From contig NC_043002.1 of NCBI RefSeq assembly GCF_006345805.1, positions 4,526,001 through 4,590,000 on the forward strand: a stretch of DNA of 64,000 nt. Direction: 5' to 3'. Position numbers and translations under genes: made by a program. Source of the stretch: Octopus sinensis (taxonomy: Eukaryota). Under the pieces are notes generated by a model. It was not told where the DNA came from. It saw only the letters and a program-made list of their open reading frames with translations, and ran no database searches. Positions 1-14,730 of the stretch are shown piece by piece; the stretch's first letter is position 1, and each line of letters starts with the position of its first letter.

Positions 1-649
1 TGACCAGTGTCCAGCAAGCTAGAAGTCGAAATTAAATGTTTAAGAAACGCAACAAACTAAGTGCCACGAAACACTTTCTCCGCCACCGATCGACCAGTTC
101 CGTTAACCCATCAGCGTTGCCCTATTATTTATAATCATTACCATACGCTTTCAGATGTAAGTTTTTTTTTAAAAATTATTCAGGGATTCTTTTTTTTATT
201 CCTCTTTCTTTTTGTATGAAACTAGTGACTACCAGACGTTACGTCTGCCTTTGTTAACTTTTGGTTCTGGAAATCTTTCAATTTAACCACTTAATTCGTG
301 CTTAGTACCACAAAAAAGACAAAAAAATGAAAAAAAATGCAAGTAAACAATACAAAAAAAAATCAAAAAACAAGCGCTCAACAAATTACCGAACATTTTT
401 TTTTCAGTTCAATTATAGTCATATTTTATCTTTGATTCGATTTTGTTTATAAGCGTTTTAAAATTTTTGTTAGTATGTATTTTTTTGTTTTGCAGGGTTT
501 TTTTTTGCCTTCCCGCTGACAATTAAAAACCGAAGTTTCCCTTTGAAACATGTAGTGACTATTTTTTAAAGGAAGATGTACTTTTTTCTTCTCTACGTAT
601 ATAGATATATGTGTGCATGTGCATATGTACACAAGAGTGTAATATATAT

Positions 650-2850
<2,201 letters not shown>

Positions 2851-2999
2851 AGGGGGAGAATTCACAAAAAAAGAACAAAAGAGGAAGACAGGTGGTGCAG
2901 ACAACAAACAGCTATATTAGTATAACGCTCGGGAAGTGAAAAAGTCTTTAATGTTTCGAGCCTACGCTCAGGAGTTGGACAAAATAATGGAAACACCTA

Positions 3000-3397
3000 G
3001 CATCATAACATCATAATTTTATAAATATCAATAAAACCGCCAAAAGCTTGTTTATTATTATATTTGATTTATTATTAGTGTTGCTTAATATGTTTTGTTA
3101 AAGTGTTGTTTCTTTTCAGATGTCATCAGAAAAAGGTAATTAAAATTCATTAAAATGACAGATCTATCGGACTTTCAAAGAAATCAAATTGTTGGGGCTC
3201 GTATGGCAGGCGTTAGGATAACGAAAACAGCCGAAATGTTTGGTGTATCAATAAGTACTGCTTCGAAAGTAACGATAGCCTTTGAGAAAGAGGGAAAAAC
3301 TTCCTCGTCAAAAGAAAACTCCGGAAGGAAACCAAAACATTCAGATAGGGACCGTCGGACTCTTAGGCGAGTTGTCAGAAAAGATGACAAAAGATAG
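3000..3397 (+). mobile_element. Tc1-family transposase 5' fragment (HTH region), truncated
   Basis: ORF 3155-3397 MTDLSDFQRNQIVGARMAG...SGRKPKHSDRDRRTLRRVVRKD matches the paired-like HTH and GRxP linker pattern of Tc1 transposases; it ends at a stop next to a CT microsatellite. Confidence 0.8.
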
Positions 3398-3588
3398 CCT
3401 AATATAGGCGCCTTCTCTCTCTCTCTCTCTTTCTCTCTGCCTGTCTGTCTCTGTTTCTCTCTGTCTCTCTCTCTCTCTTTCTCTCTGTCTATCTCTCTCT
3501 CTTTCTCTCTTTCACACACGCACATACACACAAATACACACGAATACAAATAAATACTTATGCAGACAGACATACATAAATATATACC

Positions 3589-3818
3589 TATTTCTTTGCT
3601 ATCCACAAGGGGCTAAACATAGAGGGGACAAACAAAGACAGACAAACGGGTTAAGTCGATTACATCAACCCCAGTGCGTAACTGGTACTTACTTAATCGA
3701 CCCCGAAAGGATGAAAGGCAAAGTCGACTCGGCGGAATTTGAACTCAGAACGTAACGGCAGACGACATACGGCTACGCATTTCGCCCGGCGTGCTAACGT
3801 TTCTGCCAGCTCGCTGCC
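3589..3818 (-). mobile_element. SINE family 1 (tRNA-derived head) copy
   Basis: Reverse strand reads GGCAGCGAGCTGGCAGAAACGTTAGC (A-box-like)...GAGTTCAAATTCC (B-box-like)...GTCGACTTTGCCTTTCATCCTTTCGGGGTCGAT...AGCCCCTTGTGG..AAAGAAATA. Other copies at about 4415-4644(-), 27016-27230(-), 32020-32180(+), 38165-38579(+, dimer), 38815-39035(+), 39495-39722(-), 59515-59700(-), 60900-61292(-, dimer), 63260-63490(+). Confidence 0.88.
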
Positions 3819-4063
3819 TTATACATAAATTTATACCTGTACAGCAAATAAAAACGCATGAATCTTTGCAATAGAACCTTAGATAATCTAAGAGAGATAT
3901 TTAATCCCTGGATGCGTGCGTGTTTACGCTTTTTACACTTTATTCTTTTAAATAAAATTTTTCTCAGTTTCCAGTACGATCAAATTAGACAAATTAGACA
4001 TAAGTGGTATGTTTTTAATTATCCTTTACTGATAATGACATTTTGCCGTATCATATAAATCTT

Positions 4064-4411
4064 TCGTTTTACTTGTCTTCAGTCGACTACGGCCATGCTG
4101 GGGCACCACCTTGAAGAATTTTTAGTCGAATGAATCGATCTTAGTACTTATTTTTTTTAAAGCGTCGTACTTTTGCTATCGATCTCTTTTGCCGAACCGC
4201 TAATTTACGAGGACGTAGATGTTCCTATACCGGTTGTCAAGCGGTGTTGGTGGACAAACACACACACACACACACGACGGGTTTCTTTCAGTTTCCGCTT
4301 ACCAAATCCACTCGGACAACTTTGGTCGGCCCGAGGCTATAGTAGAAGACACTTGCCCAAGGTGCCACGCAGTGGGACTGAACCCGGAACCATGTGGTTG
4401 GGAAGCAAGCT
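4064..4411 (-). mobile_element. SINE family 2 (tRNA head, CR1-type 3' tail) copy
   Basis: Reverse complement of the family seen on + at 15704-15950, 50190-50590 and 56231-56662: GGAGTGGCTGTGTGGTAAG...GGGTTCAGTCCC...GCACCTTGGGCAAGTGTCTTC...GGCGGTGCTCCAGCATGGCCGCAGTC. Confidence 0.85.
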
Positions 4412-6509
4412 TTTTATTTCTTTATTGTCCACAAGGGGCTAAACATAGAGTGGACAAACAAAGACAGACAAAGGAATTAAGTCGAATACATCGACCCCAG
4501 TGCGTAACTGGTACTTAATTTATCGACCCCGAAAGGATGAAGGCAAAGTCGGCCGAGGCGGAATTTGAACTCAGAACGTAAAGACAGACGAAATGCTGCT
4601 AAGCACTTCGCCCGGCGTGCTAACGTTTCTGCCAGCTCTCCGCCTTTTTGCCAGACCACCACGTCTGCGCCTATATATCTATATTATAACTACATAAATA
4701 TTCATAGAAGAAACAACAGACATTTTTTTAAATATTCACAACGAATATGAAATCCACAATGATAAAATATTGGTATCAAATTTTGGCCAGCAATGTCGAG
4801 GGGGGCGGGATGGTAAGTCGATAATATTGATCTCCAATGGTCAACTGGTTCTTACTTTATTGACCCCGAAAGGATAAAAAGCTAAAGTCGACCTCAGCGG
4901 AATTTGAACTCAGAACGAAAAGACTAATGAAATGCCGCTAAGGGCTTTTAGCTGGCGTGCCAACGATTCTGCCAGCTCACTGCCTTATCGATGAAGGGAC
5001 AAGACGATATATTAGGGACAAGTGTTACGAAGAAGCAAGAAGCAGTGCTCGGAGGGAACAGATTTATGATCAAAGGCTTTCCAGACCTGATCATCCCATC
5101 TATATTTTCAGGCTCAATGCATCTCGGATTCTCCGTGTTCTTCCATTTATTTTAAAGGCAGTCAGGTGTGATATGAAGGAGATTTAGTTGCTATTTGTTG
5201 CATAGAGAGCGACCAGGTAGGCGAAACCTCGTAGGCCGAAGGAAATCGTACTCTTGTTGCATCTCTACACATTTATCATTGAAGAGGGTGCATACATGCA
5301 CGAAATACACACACAGGTGCGCACACAGATACTGCCTCATACACTCACATACACACAAGTGTCATACACGCACGGATGTGAGTGTGTGTTTATATGTATA
5401 CCTATCAAATCTATCTGTACATACGCACATACACACATACACACACATACATAAACACACGCGCACACACATACGCTTACACGTATACTTTTTTGTTTGT
5501 TTTTTCATTCAATATGGAGATTTTTTTCTTCTTATAAATATAGGTGCGAACAGGTACAACGGCATATTTGATTAAGTTACCTTGCTTGTGTGGTTGGACT
5601 CAGATAAAAAAAAATGGAAAATAAGAATAAAGAATATAACAACGAGCCTTGACAAGTCGATCTGAAAATCGGCAACTCAATATATATACTTGTCTTGAAC
5701 ATGAATGAATGGAAGATAAATAAAGTCACACAAAAGAACTAAACAACAACAACAACAACAAAAAATAAACCAACAAACAGCGACAGCAACCTGACCATAT
5801 ATTTCCTATTTTTTCATTTTCATCTTTATTTTTCAGTCTTCTCAAATTAAAGATAAACCCAGCAATAAAAATAATTGGAGATCCATAAAAAGAAGAAAAA
5901 ATTAAAGGCAATAAAAGAAAATAAATATCCCCCCCCCCAAAAAAAAATATTTGACTGACAATCGCACCCTCTTCTCGAAAGAATAAAGCATTCTCGAAGA
6001 AAATACAAATGCATGATTACAGACAAATACACGCAGGCACACGCATTCCCGAACAAGCGTTCACATAATATTACGAAAGAAATTCATGTCTTTTTTGCCT
6101 GACGATCCATGTGACTTGAAACTCGAGTCACGGGAAAAGAATTCAATTTAAAGTGTGTATGCGCGCGCGTGTGTGTGTATGATATGCATGCACACACATA
6201 CACGAATACACAAACACGCACATATATATGTACTCGTGCAGAGCTTACCATTCACTCCATCGCTCCTCCGACTTTCTCACCTCAATGTGTGCGTTTAGCC
6301 GTCATGCGAGACCGAGATGAATTGCGTTATTTCGTTCATAATAATAATCTTTCTAACATAGGCTCGAGACCAGAAACTCGGCAGAAAATTTAGTCCATTC
6401 AATCGACTACAACTCTTGAATAGTACACTATTTTATCGTAGTGTTTATTGCTGTAAAAATATTGTACCCACATTATACAAACATATTTTACGTACTACTT
6501 ACCTTGTAT

Positions 6510-6734
6510 GTTCACCGCCATCAATTCACCGCAGGGAAAGTTCATCAATTCACTGCCATCAATTCACTGTGGAGAAATTTCACCGTGAGGAAAGTTCACC
6601 GTGATGAAAGTTTACCGAGAAAATATATCCATCGTATCTCACCATTAATAGTTTAAAAAAAAACTATTTTATTGGGGGAAAACGGTGAATTGCTAACGTA
6701 ACACTTTCCCTGCGGTGAATTGATGACGGTGAAC
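6510..6734. mobile_element. Small MITE/foldback element with 32-bp terminal inverted repeats and internal subrepeats
   Basis: 6510-6541 GTTCACCGCCATCAATTCACCGCAGGGAAAGT is the reverse complement (1 mismatch) of 6703-6734; internal (A/G)TTCACCG-type subrepeats. Confidence 0.7.
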
Positions 6735-7432
6735 TTACCGGACATCAGCTTGCCCTCGAATGAGATCTGAGTATCCACAATCACATGCGGAGAACGAACT
6801 ACATTTCTAATATTATCCAGTGAGATATTCGTGAATAAGAGTATATGGTTGTGGTAAGTCCACACATATCTGCTTCTCCAGAATGGAAACCACGTTTTGT
6901 CCGGAGTAACGATCTACTAAGAGAACTCCAGAGACTTGAAACCAGACCGTCAGTCATCATATCTTAATTGTATTGAGTATCAACGCACTAATGCTTCGAT
7001 TTCTACTAGCTGAACTTGATAGAATCTTTCCAATGACAACTCCAACTTTGGCCACCATTTTGAATTGGATACATCTAACATGTTTAGACACGCTTATAAA
7101 AAAAATAAAAGGCAACAACAGCTCATGAGTTTTGAAAACATCTTTCTATATCCAGAATTGCTGAAATACGGAATAAACCCATGTCAGTTGTTAACTGTCA
7201 GGACACCAAATCCTTAACAGATTCCATGCTTGCCGAAATTCGCCAAACACCACCCCTGATGTGTCCATGCGACCCTTCCTGTTTATGGTTCATTTAAGGT
7301 TTACTTTGTCTGCTGTCCTATGCGTAATGTGTCATGACTTGGTGCCATTTTGACACAATTTATCGCTGTTTTCCATCTCCATGCTTATCTTTTTCAACGA
7401 GGTATAATGCACCTAATCATCATAATCAGCCT

Positions 7433-7870
7433 AGGTGAGACAAGCTCACACTGAATCAGCTTCGCTGCCTGACAGGTGACGGTCGTTAAGCGAATGCGCG
7501 GACTAAGACTACACGCCTTCACTAATCAGTTACTTTGAGACAGTGTCACGTGACAACTTGCTGGGGCTGCCTGCTGGAACCTAGCGGCAGGTATTTAAAG
7601 GGATAAATTTGACAAGTCAGTCAGTCACCGGTTGACACTCGCTGACGCTACATCGAAGAGGCCAGGGAACAGAAGAAAGAAGAGACATGCACCCAACACC
7701 AGAGCTGAAGAAACCTCCGAAAGTGGGAGGGGGGGCACATCAAAACGGTAGAGGAGTAGGGGCCGAAACAGGACGTGGTTCCTCCTGATGATGTCTTCAG
7801 CTAACTGGATCCTATAAAGTTGTTGTGGTAGCAGACCACGAAACACAACTGTAATTCCACCTTCCACCTT
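7433..7870 (+). mobile_element. GC-richer terminal-repeat-like fragment, possibly Penelope-like
   Basis: GC-richer island with TATTTAAAGGG at ~7591 and hammerhead-core-like words CTGAAGA, CTGATGA (7785) and GAAA (7840). No coding part was seen, so the class is inference. Confidence 0.35.
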
Positions 7871-8269
7871 TCTTTTTATCTTTCTATCTTTCTACTTTTC
7901 TTTTCAAGATCCATAGGACCTCGTTTTCCATTAGCGTTTCTTCTACACACGTCTTATTACAATACGATCGAATAGAAGTAAGGGATTTGTTTGTGTGTAT
8001 ATATCTCATAAGTACCAACTATCTGTGTCGTTTTCTGTTATGTCTTGACTTCTATAATCGTTTATTGTTTGTTTGTTTTTGACATTGTCCTCTATGTCTG
8101 CTCATTGATTCCCAACAGCTTCTTGAAGTTGACGGACATTACTAAAACGGACAATCTAAAGATGCGAAATTGTAATGATTTCTGGACAATAACTGATGAT
8201 GAAAGATCTTGTTCACATTTTCTGTGTTATTTTCTGACTGTTCTTTTGTCGTCCTCGTATGTAATTTTT

Positions 8270-8327
<58 letters not shown>

Positions 8328-9060
8328 TGTGTGTGTATGTATATACGTGTATATATATATATACATATACACGTATATATATAAATGTATGTATACGTAA
8401 GTGTGTATATTTGCTTGTTTCAGTCATTAAGTACCGCCTTGAATGCTGGGGTACATGTATACATACATACATACATACATACATACATACATACATACAT
8501 ACATACATACATACATACATACTTACATTTGCATACACGTGAGTGTGTGTGTATGATTTTTCCTCTCAGAAAGAAGAACCGCACATGACACGTTAGATGT
8601 AAGTTCCTTTCATGCCATACCAACTTACTCCAATATTACGAAGTTCATTAACACTTTCCTTTCGTTTTTCTTTGTTTTTCTTTGTTTTTCTTTTGTCATG
8701 TTTGTCTTGTTTTCCTTTTTTCTTTACTTTTGCACGTAGAGACCATCACTAGTTTTCGCGATCTCAAAGTTTTTTTCTCTATTTTTTTATAAATAATTGA
8801 CTGACAATGAGGAAAAAATATATACGTTACCATCAGGTTATCCAATTATCCGATACAGTGTTAAAACATATATAAATGTACGCACACGGGGAATGTTATT
8901 ATCCGAGATGCATATATGCACATATCCACATATACAGGCATACATATACCCATACATAAAAATGAGTGAGGGTATTTTTGTGTACGCATGTGAGTATGTA
9001 CATATATACATGTCTCTCTCTTTCTCTCTCTCTCTCTACACACACACATATATATATATT

Positions 9061-9116
<56 letters not shown>

Positions 9117-9119
9117 AAG

Positions 9120-9155
<36 letters not shown>

Positions 9156-9204
9156 GTATGTATTATGTATATATATATATATATATATTATATAGTATAT
9201 ATTG

Positions 9205-10858
9205 ATTGATTGATTGATTGATTGATTCCAGTTCCAGCCTATGAGCTGTGGCCATGCTGGGGCACCGCCATTTGGTGTTGCTACTTGGATTTACTTCATG
9301 GAGGCTTTCTAGCAACTGCTATTTGGTGCATGAGAGAGTTCGATGCAGCTGCCCTCATCTGCCCCTCCTGCCGTGAAGTTGGTTCATCTGGGACACCTGA
9401 CAGGAAGAGATCCAGCTTCATTTTAAGACATCGTATCCACCCCATGCAGGTCTCTCAGGTTCTTCGGGAGGATATTGAAGAGCTGTGGGCCTCGGAAGCC
9501 CAGGCTATCACAGAATCTTGTCCTACATCTTGATGGCAGTTTGGAGTCCTAGGCACCACGCAGTGGCGCCCAGTTCTGGCATTTTGTAACACTCTCGATG
9601 CCAAAGTTCAGGACACTTCCCTCCAGGATCTTCCAGATGTATATTATGGCATATCTTTCCCGCCTACGCTCCAGGGAGTATAATTTTAATCTCTTGAGTC
9701 TTTCCCAGTAGCTTACATTCTGCATAGAGGCTATCTTCTTTGTGTAGCTTCGTTGGATCGCCTCAAGTTCTGTGATCAACTTGACACTGGATGGTGACCA
9801 TAGCTGAGAGCAATAGTCAAAGTGGCTTAGGACAAAGTGTCTTCCAGAGGACCATCATGGTTTCTTGTTCTCTTGTTCTAAAGGTTCTAAGAATCCAGCC
9901 AGCCAGCCGTCTACATTTCACTGTCAGTTTAGCAACATGTACATGAAAGGTTCGCGTCATCACTCATGTGAATACCCAGGTCACACGCACTGATTGTGCC
10001 TCTGGGATTGCAATCCCTCCGGGTCCAGTGTATTCATTGGGTATTGCATTCAATTTTGCATGCTGATAGTATAAAGCTTGAAACTTTCCAGCATTGAACT
10101 GCATGCTATTCTTTTCAGCCCACTGTATATTTCGTCCAGCTCACATTGCAGGTTTTTAGTGTCCTCAGGGTTCTGTATTGCCTGTGAAACTTTTGTATCA
10201 TCTGCATAACTTGTGATCGTGGATCTCTGCGTGGCTGAGGGCATGTCTGAGAGGGCCATTATGAACAGTAGTGGTCCCAAAACAGTGCCCTGTGAACACC
10301 ACTCATTATTGCGTGTTAATGGAAGTGGCCCCATTGGCTACTACCACCTGACTTCTATTCTTCAGAAAGTCGTGAAGCCATTCTCCTAGTTTTCCAACTA
10401 TGCCAAGATCACGCAGCCTGTGACATATCATCCGTGATCGACTTTATCGAAGGCCTTTGCGAAGTCGAGATATATGACTTCCACATTTGAGTGGTTGAGC
10501 AGTTGTTTCAGCACCCAGTCATAGTGCTGCAGGAGCTGAGTTAAGCAGCTTCTTCCTGGTCGGAAACCATGTTGGTGTCAGGCAGCAAGTCATTTTCTTC
10601 AAGGAAGGTGATTAGTTTCCTTCTGACTATTCGCTCCATGACCTTGCTGATGTGTGAGGTCAGAGAGATAGGTCTGTAGTTCTTTGCCTCCGCTCTGCTA
10701 CCTCCTTTATGAATAGGGCATATTTTACCTTCCTTCAGTCCCCTTGGAAGTTTGCCAGCTGCAAGGAAGCTCTGAAAGAGGGACTGCAGTGGTCTTGCTA
10801 AGACTCTCTTACATACTTTTAGGAGGATTGCCGGGAATCCATCGGGGCCAGTAGCTGA
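9205..10858 (-). mobile_element. CR1/L2-group LINE, 5'-truncated, RT domain to 3' tail, degenerate
   Basis: Minus strand encodes GPDGFPAILLK, NYRPISLTSHISKVMERIV, YLDFAKAFDKVDH, QGTVLGPLLF, YADDTKV and LERRRERYAIIYIWKIL, with frameshifts; ends in GGCGGTGCCCCAGCATGGCC and an (ATCA)n tail. Confidence 0.92.
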
Positions 10859-11899
10859 GTCTATTTTTTTTTATATATATATGCATACATATACACAAAT
10901 ATATTTACGCACTCACACGCACACATATATATATATTACGATATTTCTAGACTATCGGATGTTGTCATACAACCCTAGCCACAATGTTCTTTGTCACAAT
11001 ATTGTAGCTTTCGAATGATGCCACTCCGCTGACACTGCAGGCAGGGCGCCACTCCTCCTTCAGTCCGTGGTGTTACCCATTTGCAGAGGAGTAGACTGGC
11101 GTAATATGAAATGAAGCATCTTGCTCAAGAATAAAACGCACCACCAATCAGGTAATCGAAACCACGATTGAAAGGTCAAGAATGCAACACCCTAACTACT
11201 AAGCCACGCGCCTATACTATAATAATTCTTTTTACTTTTGGTACAAGGCCAGCAGTTTTGTGAGGGAAAATCAATTATATCGAACCCAAGTACTTTACTG
11301 GTGATTTATTACATCGAACCTAGAGAATAAAGATGCAGAAGAAATAGTTCTTGCGACTCTCTAATGATTCTGCTTTCAACATTTTAATAACAATTTTCTC
11401 TCTAAGGCGGTGAGTTTCCAGAACCGCTAGCACACCCCGTAAAATGCTTAGCAGCATTTTGTCCGTTCTGAGGTAGATTCCACCGAGGTCGACTTTGCCT
11501 TTTATCCGTTTCATGTCGATAAAATAAGTACCAGTTGATCACCGGGATCCATGTAATAAACTTACCTCCATCCGCAAAATTGCTGGCTTTGTACCAAAAT
11601 TTGTGCCAAAATTTCAAGCCAATAACAATTGTCTTTAATTCAGGTAAAATTCCAGCAATTTGGGAGTAGGGGGTTATTCGAATGCATCGAGCTCGGTACT
11701 TAAATGTTGCTTTATTTTTCGACCTCGAAAGGATGAAAGGCAAAGTTGACTTTAGCAGAATTTGAACCCAGAATTTAAAAAGCCAGAAAAGAAAAGATAC
11801 TTCTGAGCTACGTAAGGGAAACAAAACAAAACAAAACAAAACAAAAAAAAAACACATTTGTTCTGACACTCTAAGGGTTACCGTTTTCGATGCTACTCT

Positions 11900-12520
11900 C
11901 ATATAAGCGGCGGGATGAGTGATCATTACAGGGACATAAAGAAAAGAGTTGTGGAAATAAATAAAGAAATCAAATGAAATGAAAAATAAATATATATTTC
12001 ATAATGTCCCAACAAGATGATCGCCAATGAAAATAAATGAAGGAATCCCAGATACCAGATTATCCTAACTAACCAGAGTTAAATGTATTTTCAAAACGTT
12101 TCCCCGCTGTCTACAGCCGCACACAGATGGTATGTTTATCCAATCGGGTCATGCTTTCGACTTTCACTGCCCTTTTAACAAAATTTGTTTTCAAATCCGA
12201 TTGGACGATGAAGCCTTGTCTAAAAAATATCTCAAACGTTAAACACGCAACTTTTTAGTCATAATCATCCAAGGAAGCCCTTTTCTGACAAAAGAAGGTG
12301 GCAGGGCAATCTTTACAATGGGTTTGACCGATAACCGGATTCGACCTACTTTTGACAACAGCTGTACGTCATAACTCTATAAGTCAGCAATTCTCGGATG
12401 CTGAGAGGTTCGAGGAAAAGTCAGCTGACGATATATCCATGTCTGTAGAATTTATCCCCAACCGGCAATGTCTCGTAGTAGCACTGCCAAGCCAGGAATT
12501 TCTGGAAGTTATCCATGGTC
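11900..12520 (-). mobile_element. L1/Tx1-clade LINE ORF2 C-terminus and 3' UTR remnant (old)
   Basis: Minus strand DNFQKFLAWQCYYETLPVGDKFYRHG...TRLDKHTICVRL* (TAG at 12111-12113); homologous to the copy at 61302-62070 (shared GCACTGC..ATTTCTGGAAGTTATCCA block and ...TLCMRL* end). The clade assignment is from the zf-RVT-like context. Confidence 0.65.
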
Positions 12521-14059
12521 TCTTTTGGTGAAACACAAATCAGAAAATAGGAAAAGAAAGGAAGAAACACTACTGAACTGCCACAAATCGATGAGAGCAC
12601 CACAACAGAATCCATCGTATATAAAAAAAAAACTTATGATATTTCTAAAAAGAACGAAAGCGACAACAGAAAAAAAACCATAAAGTAAATGAACTCTGAA
12701 AGCACAATGAATTTATTACAGAAGCCACAACGCAGAAACAAACAAGGCATTATAGTAAATTAAAAAAAATAAGAAGGTAATAAAACTAAAAACCCAAAAG
12801 ATGTTGAAGACCTTAGAAACTTCCATTGAAGCATTCAACCAAGTACACGGTAAGGAAAAAAAAGACCTTCAGTAACATACTTAACAACAAGCAGAATACA
12901 AACTGATGTCACAACAGAGTAAGCAGAATTAACATTGATAAATAATAAAGAAACTTCGATGAATCATAAACTAGAACAGAAAATATCAAAATCGATGAAG
13001 ATAGATTAATATAAACACTTGCCCGAGTTGCGTATGAATAAGAAGCTCTATTAATGAATGAAAAATGAAGCATAGTTCTTTAAGAGATTCTGTCATCGAA
13101 AACAAACTGTCAGAATATCAACAGACTGAAGAATTTGCACTATTAAGTAACGGGAGAAGTATCAAGGTTAACCCTGGCTTGATTCTTACAGAGTCAGGTC
13201 CCTCTTTTGATAAACATACAAAGTAGAAAGAAAAAAATATTGCAAGCATGGCTGTGTGGTTAAGATCGTTTTGCAACCACATGGTTTGGGGTTCAGTTCT
13301 ACGGCTCGCCACCTTCGATAAGTGATTTCTACTAAAGCTCGGGTCCGCCCGTGTCATGTAAGTCAATTTGCTAGATGGAGACTGTATGGAAACTCGTCCT
13401 ATAGATCGCTTCAAATTTGCCGTAAGAACAGCAATTTTTGTTAGGGACGGATTAAATCGAATACATCGACTCCAGTGCTTAATTGGGACTAATTTTATCG
13501 ACCCCGAAAGGATGAAAGGCAAAATCGACCTCGGCTGAATATGAAGGCAGAACTCAATGAATCGAAAGAAATGCTGTAACGATTCTGCCAGCTTGCTTCT
13601 TTACCCGTCGTTGCTGCATTTGTTGAGTATATAAACAGTTTCGTTGCTTGTTTCTCCGGAGACTGCCAGAATGATGTAGGCGCTTCTGATAAGAACCCCA
13701 TAAGGTTCGAAAATCAATTAAGGTCGTTCATAATTTTTTTTCAGTCTGCGGAGAAATACCTTGTTTATAATTATAACATATGTTACATGTATGTGTGCGT
13801 GTGTGTGTATGTGTTTGTGTGTTTGTTTGTTTGTGTGTCTGTGTGTATATATGTGTACTCCATATTTAGTCAATATATCTTTCGGATTTTCACTGATCTT
13901 TTTGCAACTTGCATTTCCATGTTATATCCTGAATTTGCTACTACTTGTGATCAGTTTTTGCTGAATTGTTTAATTTTTTATTTCCGTAAATAACATATAA
14001 ACATTAACTGCTTATTCTTTATTTTACAACTTTGACAATGAGTGACGAAAAAATTACAA

Positions 14060-14450
14060 TTAGACCCATTTTCGCTATTGTGTGAAAAGGACTGAGTGCA
14101 AAGGTAGCGGCAAAAGAAATTAACGATATGGATGACCCAGGAACGTGTAACACAAAAACTGGTTCAGACATTTCAAGCAAGGTGACACCAGCCTCAGAAA
14201 CAAATAAAGGCCAGAGAACTGTTCTGCTGGGGAAGATGAGATCTTGTTAGAAATGTTTGAATAACTGCCAAGCACAAGCACTAGAATATTGTCGGCAGAA
14301 CTTGGTCCTTTCCAAAGCACCATCAATCGGCACCTCCATATACTCGGCCTGATGAAAAGATACTGTCAAGAAGCTCCTTTTAAAGTGACAAATTACCACT
14401 GGGTAAACATTTGCAAACAACTGGCAAATTCTTAAGATGGCCGTCTTCAT
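14060..14450 (+). mobile_element. mariner transposase N-terminal remnant
   Basis: Translates with stops and shifts as KGLSAKVAAKEIN...VTQNWFRHFKQGDTSL...STINRHLHILG, the typical mariner HTH region. Confidence 0.7.
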
Positions 14451-14730
14451 ATTATACAACAGTGTATGTGCTTATATAAATATATGTATATATATATGTA
14501 TATATATGTATAAATACATGTATATATATATGTATATATATGTATAAATACATGTATATATATATACGTCTCGCTTTTATCCTTCGAAACGTAGAGTAGA
14601 TGAAAGCTTTAGCGACTGAAGAAGGGGTTTTTCCTTGTGTTAATTGTCCTGTACTCCATTTTTTGTTGTTTTTAAAACAATGTCCAGTTCCTTTGGTTTG
14701 TGTCTATGTTTTCGTTTCTCTTTGTGTTCG

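Noticed and set aside
1-60. Short frame PVSSKLEVEIKCLRNATN* resembling a coiled-coil C-terminus
   Set aside because: Only 18 codons bounded by stops, with no convincing acceptor or family motif.
14575-14640. Permuted hammerhead (CGAAACGTA...CTGAAGA)
   Set aside because: Stem I does not pair in the required register.
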